A stretch of DNA of 49,392 bases, filler included, from Bipalium vagum (Eukaryota): the NCBI GenBank assembly GCA_037834085.1. It is 2 parts of 2 records of this genome, joined end to end, with 100 filler letters (N's around TTAATTAATTAA, not from the genome) between each part and the next. Parts side by side here need not be neighbours in the genome. Positions count along the whole stretch, not along the records: positions 26,903 to 49,392 come from JBBMKC010220685.1; 1 more part is not named here. One strand, written 5' to 3'. The notes beneath the pieces are model-generated. The model was given only the letters and a program-made list of their open reading frames with translations. It was not told the DNA's origin and did no database searches. Positions 42,302 to 49,392 of the stretch are shown in pieces. Position 1 is the first letter of the stretch. Each line of letters opens with the position of its first letter. A program made the translations under genes and the position numbers.

Positions 42302-42360
42302 TTTGTCTTAAAAAAGTACTTTAAAAACAAATTAAAGAATAATCAAAAAACTTTTATTTA

Positions 42361-42795
42361 ATGTGGTGTAGTTAAATCTCTCTACAAGGCCATCAGTTTG
42401 AGGCTTATAAGGGGTAGTATTCAATTTTAATATGCCAAAATATGCATTAATAGGTGCCAGTAATTTGCTCATGAACTCTTTTCCACGGTCTGTGAGTAAC
42501 CTACGAGGTATTCCATATCGGAATATGATTTACTCTACAAAGATTTTAGAAATGGTATCTGCTTTGTGATAAGGTATGGGAAATGCCTCTGGCCATTTGG
42601 TGAGATAATCGCTCATAACTATTATATATAGTAACTATATATGATAGTATATAAATATTTCTCGAAATTGTCTGTGGGAGAGGTCCCACGATATCCAAAG
42701 CAATCATTTCCATTGGAGAAGGGGATACTGGCACGGGTTTAAGTAGTACTTTGAATTTTTGTCCAGTATTTCTACATGTTTGACAAATTTTACAT
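42361..42795 (-). pseudogene. Ty3/Gypsy integrase fragment (zinc-finger CxxC plus rve core)
   Basis: CKICQTC...PMEMIALDIVGPLP...YIL[V]MSDYLTKWPEAFPIP...IIFRYGIPRRLLTDRGKEFMS...TTPYKPQTDGLVERFN. Exact D-35-E spacing. One stop and a 25-nt insertion. Confidence 0.95.
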
Positions 42796-43189
42796 GGATT
42801 TATCTTGAATGGATTTACGGATTTTAACTAGCTCAAATTGGGGATATACTGACTGTCTGTTTATTACTCTGTCTAAGCTATTTGTTTGTGGCGTTTGATA
42901 TTCTATTTTGTCAATTATTAAGGGAGTCTTTGGGTTTTTCTTAATATTCGTTTTGAATTTATTATATATTTGTGACGTAGTACTGTAAATATCTTTTGGT
43001 TCTTCTATATTCCAGTTTGGCCAATAATCTTTAGCGACTTTGACTGCAGGTTTGGATAGGATTGATCCGTCATCATTATTACTATTATTATGTTTTCTGT
43101 GATGTTGCCTATGCTTTGATAATTGGTTAATGGGTTTATATCTATATTGACATTGTTTTCTTAATAAGTCGATATCCTTGCGATGCCGC

Positions 43190-45024
43190 TTGTGTAATTC
43201 GCGATTGGCAATGGGTGGGCATAAAGCTAAGATCAATTTCCATGAGCATCTTAATGCGTGGTGTACTACGTCCAGACATAAAACTGCTACCTACTCCTCG
43301 TTTTATTTATTAAATAAAATAAATTTCAGAAAATCTGGCAACCCATGTACCACATGTATTAAAACCTCCCCAAATATAGGTAATGACATTTTTGCGGCAT
43401 GTATATAATGGTCTGCTCCAAAAAACAAGTTATAATCCATTTTTCCTTGCTGTGCATTATATATTTTTGTTATCATTTCTATTATTCCCCTCTCTTGTGC
43501 CTGAGGAAAGAGTATTACTTTCCTTGCTTGTTCAACATATTCAGGAGAGTATACTCCTCCTTCGTTAATTGAGGGTAACGGTTTAAATTCTACCATATCT
43601 TGCATTTCGATTGCCTCTATTGTTTGGACTTTCTCTCTTGGTGGTTTCCTTTCGGGTAATGATATCCATTGTTCACAAATTTTATATAAGGGGGATATAA
43701 TAGGACTGCATATGGCTACCTGTGCTTGAACATTTACTTCAAATATTATTCAAGTTAATGGGGATACTAATCTTAATTTCTTTTGGTAAATAATAGGTAA
43801 ATCACTTGTGCATTCATTATATTTGGCCAATAGAACATTTACTTTTTCGCATTTATATGTATAAAGGGCTTCACCCATTTTCGGCCAGAAACTCCATCCT
43901 GAATTTAAAAAGGTGAGGTAAGTTCGGGATTGTTAATGGCAAGGAGAAGTCTATTTTTCAGAATTTCTCGTCCTAATTTACAATCATTTAAAATAGTCTA
44001 TTGATAAACATCTTTTGATTGCCTTTGAATGTCGTGATATAGGTAGTCTATTTTATTATTTATATACATGGTTAATTTTATGTCTCAGCTGTCTTTTAAT
44101 TTTGCTTTGGCCATTCTATCTTTCGTGAAATATATACCTTTGTAATTCGTTTCAAAAGCTACTCCACACTTCACTACTTGTTTTTTGATAATTAATCGGA
44201 TGAGCTCCTTGTTATCCGTTGTTATTAGGACGGTAGGTGTTTTTGATTCATCAATAGCAGAACTACGTTTGGATGCTGTTCGATAATTATCGGGGATTTT
44301 AGTATATTTGTTTTGAGAGTTGAGTTGTACGCCTGATGTTTCTTGATAGTTTGTCAATTTCAAACTTCTCAGGTTACATTGATCTTCATTGTTATCGTAT
44401 AAAAGAGTTGCTTCGGGTGTCACACAATATCCTTTTTTCAAGCTACAGCTTAGTTTAGATAATAATTGTCCAGTAATGATGTCAAATACTCATTCGTACG
44501 TGAGTAGCTCTACCTGGTATTCTTCGATATCCACTACCTCATTGGTTATTTTGTCTTAATACTTTTTTCTGCTCACCCTCACATTTACTGTCATAGTTGA
44601 TTGATCCTCTTGTAACTATTTGTCTGATTATTGTGTTCATTTAAACTCCGATAGTCAAAATGTCATCTATTCGGATTTTATTAAATTGAAAGGCGTTTTC
44701 ACATGTTTCCGCTGAGACTTGTACTTCCCTTGGTAATAATTTGGCTGAAATAATCGAATTGTGTCTGTGCATTTCACAATAAAATCTTAGCGTGGACACA
44801 CTTATTCGACATTCTTTTACCTGGGTGCGGTAATAATCTCCTTCTTGATAGATGTTATATGCGGATGATTTAATTGTTAAATTGTTGGGAGATAGATACG
44901 TACAGTTGTGTGTGTCAATTAGGGAATATATTTTTCCAAATTTTGGGTTAGAACAATCATATCATAATAATCCGCCTCCTGGTTTAAACAATGAGAACAT
45001 CAACATCATCATCAATTGTATCAT
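43190..45024 (-). pseudogene. Chuvirus (Jingchuvirales)-type class III fusion glycoprotein, env-like
   Basis: Across several stops and frameshifts: signal-like MIQLMMMLMFSLFKPGGG, LL*YDC, YSLIDTHNC, KECRISVSTLRFYCEMHRH, VSAETC, GSINYDSKCEG, CSLKKGYC, KCGVAFETNY, MYINNKIDY, DCKLGREILKNRLLLAINNP, GEALYTYKC, ECTSDLPI, CSPIISPLY, GGVYSPEYVEQARKVILFP, then a hydrophobic C-terminal region. Motif order and Cys spacing match chuviral G as I recall it. N-glycosylation sequons NCT and NLT. Confidence 0.85.
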
Positions 45025-45063
45025 TTTTGTTGTTAATACTCGACGGATTAGTTGGGGATTCGA

Positions 45064-45544
45064 ATTTAGTGTTTTCCATCCTCCTATACTTTCAAGAAAT
45101 GGTTCTATAATTTCTTTCACATTTTTTGTAGTTTATTTTATTACTGTATTCATTTGTTCAGGAGAACGTTTAATATTTTCAATTGCTTGCTGGATTAGAA
45201 TAGTGAAGCCGGTTAAGCATGTTCCTCCGTTAGGTTTGTTTTTAATTAAATCTAAAATCTGTGACACATTCATGTTGCTGAGATTTTGGATTTTAGGAAT
45301 TAAATTTTTTATTTCATTTATAAGGCCAAAATTTTCAGAATCACTTGGGCAGTTATCGGCTTGTAAGGCTTGAATGATATTAGTAATTTTAATTAATAAA
45401 TTGTTAGGAATACAATGATCATCAAAATCTTCATTCACTTGCTCGGCCATTTTTTGAGCATGTTTATACAAAAGGTTTTCTTTCACCTTATTTAATGTTT
45501 CGGTTCTTGTTTTTTATATGCGGTATATAATCGGCAATCGTATT
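45064..45544 (-). pseudogene. Putative Bcl-2-family domain fused in frame upstream of the glycoprotein
   Basis: BH4-like IADYIPHI (45538-45515), BH3-like LYKHAQKMAEQVNEDF (45471-45424), BH1-like QILDLIKNKPNGGTCLTGF (~45261-45205), BH2-like IEPFLESIGGWKTL (45108-45067). One frameshift (~45490) and one stop (45133-35). Confidence 0.55.
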
Positions 45545-46656
45545 CGGCTTTTTGATTTTAAGGGCTGGTTTCTGGGTACCAATTTCGAAACCCGCAACCT
45601 TATCGGTTTGCATTATCTTATTCGTTGCTTTTGGTGATAATTGTTTGTCTCTAGGTGGAATGGTAACATATTCTGGAGTATTAAGTTCGTCGTTTTCTTC
45701 TGATAACACTACATCATCTATATCAGTGGGCCAATATTTCGGATTTGTTTGCATTAATGGTTGATAATCTTGCTCTAAAATTTCTTGAAGCACCACATCG
45801 GGTTGAAGGATCTGTTGATGGCTTGGACTGTCGGGATTGTCTGGATGATTTTGGAAGATTTGAAGGATCTGTTGCGGAATTGGGTGAGTTGGGAGGATTT
45901 GATGGTAGTCTCCACAGTATTTTAATTTCTTCAGCTAAGCTGATAAAAAGATTATTTTCCTTTCTTATCTGAATGGAAGAAACAGAAATTGATTTTTTTA
46001 GTCTAGAAGGGAATTTTGTCATCATAAGTTTTAGAAAGGGAATTCTAAGATAACGAATCCAGTAAACAGCTTCACAGTAAGTGGTTTATCATTATGCATC
46101 AGCGGATCATCCAGAATGTGTCTCTACATTTTTAAAAATATTACTGATAGGTATCAAGAATTTATTATAGTTGAGGTGCCTGAAAAAATTTTGTTTAAGT
46201 TAACTATTTAAATTCAATTATTATTTAAATCCATTAATTTAATTTACTTAAACAAAAGGTGACCTTCTAAATATCAGGTACCAAGTTTATATATTATTAT
46301 TATTATATAATATTAACCAAGTAGTTAATCAAATCTGACTAAATATATTAGTAACCAAATTGATTTTAATTAAATTTACTGAAGAAAATAATATTTTAAA
46401 ATATATTTCAGCTAATATTAATCTAAATTAAACGAAATGAATACTTACACATGAATTTAAAGTTAGACAGAAATGAGATAATAACATTTTCTAAATTAAG
46501 GAATAAAATATATCTTTTAATTACAATATAAAATATATTTCATAATTATAATTTCACAATATTAAAAAAATCAAACTTCATTCTCCTTTAGATTAATAAA
46601 ATATTAAACATTTCTTGTTACTTTAATCTAAAATCTGCGAAAATTGAATTTGTGTC

Positions 46657-46667
46657 ATGGCGAATCA
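46657..46667 (+). CDS. eIF4H: eIF4H exon 1 (MAN[Q])
   Basis: gtcATGGCG context; CA|gtacga donor is phase-2 compatible with the acceptor at 46748. Confidence 0.75.
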
Positions 46668-46747
46668 GTACGATATTTTTAATTTATTAATAGTTAAAAG
46701 TTTTCATTGTATTTGATTAAATTTTTAAAAAATTATCACTTTACTAG

Positions 46748-46841
46748 AATACCAGACGAACCTCCATTCTTAGCGTATGTGGGAAATTTACCGAAAAACA
46801 CTGTCCAGGGAGATTTTGAAAAGATTTTCGAACAATGTTCT
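46748..46841 (+). CDS. eIF4H: eIF4H exon 2 (RRM start)
   Basis: [31 protein letters not shown] vs human [27 protein letters not shown]; flanked by ag/gt. Confidence 0.93.
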
Positions 46842-46958
46842 GTAATATTTTCTTTACTGATTTTTTTTGTAATATATTTATTTTGAAGTAGTTTCATAGA
46901 GAATTTTATTTTTTGATTTCTAATTTTTAATTTTTTGATAAATATAGTTCAAACTTAG

Positions 46959-47072
46959 ATCGTAAATACCAGGATGATTCGTGATAGAGATACAGATGAA
47001 TTTAAGGGCTATGCCTATGTTGAATTTTCAGACTCACAGTCATTAGTGGAAGCTCTAAGTTTTAACAAAGCG
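46959..47072 (+). CDS. eIF4H: eIF4H exon 3 (RNP1)
   Basis: IVNTRMIRDRDTDEFKGYAYVEFSDSQSLVEALSFNKA. Confidence 0.93.
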
Positions 47073-47113
47073 GTAAAGCTATTGTTATGTTATTTTGATT
47101 TGTGTTTCAACAG

Positions 47114-47183
47114 AGAATCGGTGATAATGTTTTGAAAGTAAATGTGGCTGATGGAAGAAAAAAGGAACAGAATGCACGATCAG
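47114..47183 (+). CDS. eIF4H: eIF4H exon 4
   Basis: RIGDNVLKVNVADGRKKEQNARS, after a 41-nt intron; phase-1 donor. Confidence 0.9.
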
Positions 47184-48404
47184 GTTTGTTCTTTTATTTA
47201 TTTTCCAATCTATTTCTGGTAATATCCTTAAAATGAGTTAATAACAATCAATATAATATATTTCAATAGTTCTATGTAATAATAGCTCTATTATTTATTA
47301 AACTTTATGGTTATTTTGTAAATCTTTATTGCCGTTTGATATATTCCTGAATAAAAATGAGTGTTATTTTTCTGGTATTGTAACACTGGTTATAATTTAT
47401 TTGCTCTATTTTTCAGTAATAAGTACCTGTCATTTTTTTAATTTTAACTATTGTTATTCAGTCGTGACATGTTAATTATTGTCATGTATTTGATAATTAT
47501 TTTAAACGCAAACCAATTTTTGCTACCTTCACTTTTATTAAACTGTTATTTAAGGACACTTGTTTTGATTAAAGAAAATCAATTCTTAAATAGATTCTCA
47601 ATTATGTGTGGAGATTAAGGGTTTCTTTGTATTTTTTCTCATCATATTTACTATTACTATCAATAACAAATTATCGTTAATATTTTTTATTTTTCTATAA
47701 ATTTCAAAATTTGCTCAGGAATTCTACACAATTTTGTCTATTTTTTGTATTCACATATATTATTTTCATTTCCTGTTGATTTTTAAAAAATACAAGTTAA
47801 GAATTTGTTTGATTGTTAAGTATAATTAACTGTTATAATTATTACGCTTCCTTTTATAATTAATTATATAGTGTTTGACAAATTATTATGGGATACTTCA
47901 ATTATTAAAGGTTTCATTATGGAGTTCTATTTTTATTTTGCATTGATTTTTGAAGTACTTAAAAATACATGATCATAATTTTAAATATTTATCTATCAAT
48001 TTTTTATTATCTCTGATATTTAAAATCTAAATAATCTTAAGTCAGTATTCCGATTTTTGGTATATTTTCACCCGTTAGTACATTTGTTATTTATTTTATT
48101 TAAATATTATATTGGTATTATTTTACATTAAACCATGTATTTATATTTTCACATAAAATAATTTTCCTCAATTTAAATATAAATTTAATATTGAATGGTG
48201 TAACTTTTGGAATTTCAAAATTATATTTACTGATAGTGTAAAATAAATTTAATGTTAATTTTTTTTAAGATAAAACGATTATATTTTTCAAAATTCACAT
48301 CTTTATGAAAAAAAAATTTTTTATAAAATCTTTAATTTTAATCAGGTACGGTTTATAACTTTCAAATTGTTTTAAATCTTATTTTATTATTTTAATTCGT
48401 TTAG

Positions 48405-48647
48405 GCCAAAATAAATTTATTAGAAATCGTGGTGGTAATCATTTAGGTCAAAGAAATCAGGCTAATGGGTTTGCTCAAAATAACATTGACTCTTGTAATG
48501 AAGGAAATACTAAAGGGAATTATTTTGCTTCACGAGGTGGTCGTGGGAATCGCGGAAATCAACAATTTAAAAACGATAGATATATGAATAATCAATATAA
48601 GGAATATGATAATGTAAATAGAGATTTCTATGGTTCTAGAAATCGAG
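48405..48647 (+). CDS. eIF4H: eIF4H exon 5 (RGG/N-rich region)
   Basis: gtttag|GC CAA AAT...CGA G|gtatta. Open frame containing NRGG and SRGGRGNRG. Confidence 0.85.
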
Positions 48648-48693
48648 GTATTACTATGTGTTAATTTGTTGTAAATTTGATTTTGTCAAAAAG

Positions 48694-49061
48694 GGAACAA
48701 TTTCAACCGAGGACATTATTTCCACGAAAACCGGTTTCGTAATGATAGTGAAAGAAGTATCGGTAGTAACAATGATATTAAATTGAATACCATGCAAGAA
48801 AATAGTTGTTATAACACCAATCAATGTGAAAAAGATAGACCAAGACTAAAGTTACTACCAAGATCAATTGATGCTCCTCTAAACGAACAGATTCATTCTG
48901 AAAGGACAGCCGCAATTTTTGGATTGGGAAAACCGAGAGAAGCAAGTCCCGTTCGAGAAAAGCGTACTGGAAACTTATCAGGGGATTCTGTAGAAAATAA
49001 ATCTCGTTCCTACAGTCAAGTATCACAAGACTATTCAGAAAATATTAAAAAAAATGAGTGA
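48694..49061 (+). CDS. eIF4H: eIF4H terminal exon
   Basis: Follows a 46-nt intron. DRPRLKLLPRSIDAPLN...AAIFGLGKPRE matches the eIF4H/4B motif RPRLQLKPR...SAIFGGARPRE. TGA ends at 49061. Confidence 0.92.
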
Positions 49062-49320
49062 AACTATTTTGCTAATGTAAGAAAATCTTTTCTTATTTAA
49101 AATATCATCTTTTTATGAAATAAATATATATTTAAAAACTTGGTTAAGATTTTATTTAAGTTACTTCAATTTTTAAGTTTAATTAGGTTTAATATTAACA
49201 CGATCTACATATATGTTGGGTAGTCTAAAAAGTTTCCACCGATTTTGTTAATAGACGGTGAAAATGTTCTTTATTTAGCAACTACATTGTAGTTTAATTG
49301 AAATTGATTTTGTTTTAATA

Positions 49321-49344
49321 TTTGGTTGTGGAATAAGTTCTGCA
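49321..49344 (+). mobile_element. Mariner-type TIR, probably the start of an element running off the window
   Basis: TA followed by tttggttgtggaataagttctgca, resembling the TIR at 7444. Another TIR-like stretch lies at ~49214-49250. Confidence 0.4.
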
Positions 49345-49392
49345 TTATTTTTAAATAATAAAGTTTATACAAAATTTTCTCAAATAATTATT

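Larger units (their letters stand above)
41568..46025 (-). mobile_element. Decayed Ty3/Gypsy LTR retroelement carrying a Bcl-2-like domain and a chuvirus-type glycoprotein; 5' LTR, RT and RNase H absent
   Basis: Minus-strand order: P/S-rich leader, Bcl-2-like domain, hydrophobic helix, glycoprotein, linker, integrase core, repeat-containing 3' UTR, PPT, LTR. Confidence 0.85.

Noticed and set aside
44852-45373. 173-aa plus-strand ORF beginning MLYADDL, resembling the RT YADD motif
   Set aside because: It is the antisense shadow of the Bcl-2-like/glycoprotein frame, and no other RT motifs flank it.
1-49392. CRISPR arrays, prokaryotic operons, rRNA/tRNA genes
   Set aside because: None seen; the sequence is intron-containing eukaryotic DNA with no repeat-spacer periodicity.

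Overview
Very AT-rich eukaryotic (metazoan, probably invertebrate) genomic DNA with spliceosomal introns, in two blocks joined by an artificial 100-nt spacer (44 N + TTAATTAATTAA + 44 N at 26803-26902). Left block: six phase-consistent exons of a Discs-large (Dlg/PSD-95 family) gene covering the end of PDZ1, PDZ2 and PDZ3. Its introns and 5' flank hold decayed DNA transposons (maT-like, several mariners, a DD41D rosa/Visitor element with TIRs and TA TSD, a pogo/Tigger-type MITE). Right block: a spliced Q-rich gene with motifs I recall from the BCL9/Legless C-terminus, a truncated pogo transposase, a decayed Ty3/Gypsy LTR element on the minus strand, and a complete six-exon eIF4H gene. The main find is the Gypsy element (41568-46025). 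Reading through stops and frameshifts gives what looks like one polyprotein: a Bcl-2-like domain (BH4/BH3/BH1/BH2-like segments in order), a hydrophobic helix that could be both Bcl-2 tail anchor and signal peptide, a full-length chuvirus-type (class III) fusion glycoprotein, and only then pol remnants (possible protease start, D,D35E integrase), a PPT and a 3' LTR. All homology calls come from manual translation and recalled motifs; no searches were run.
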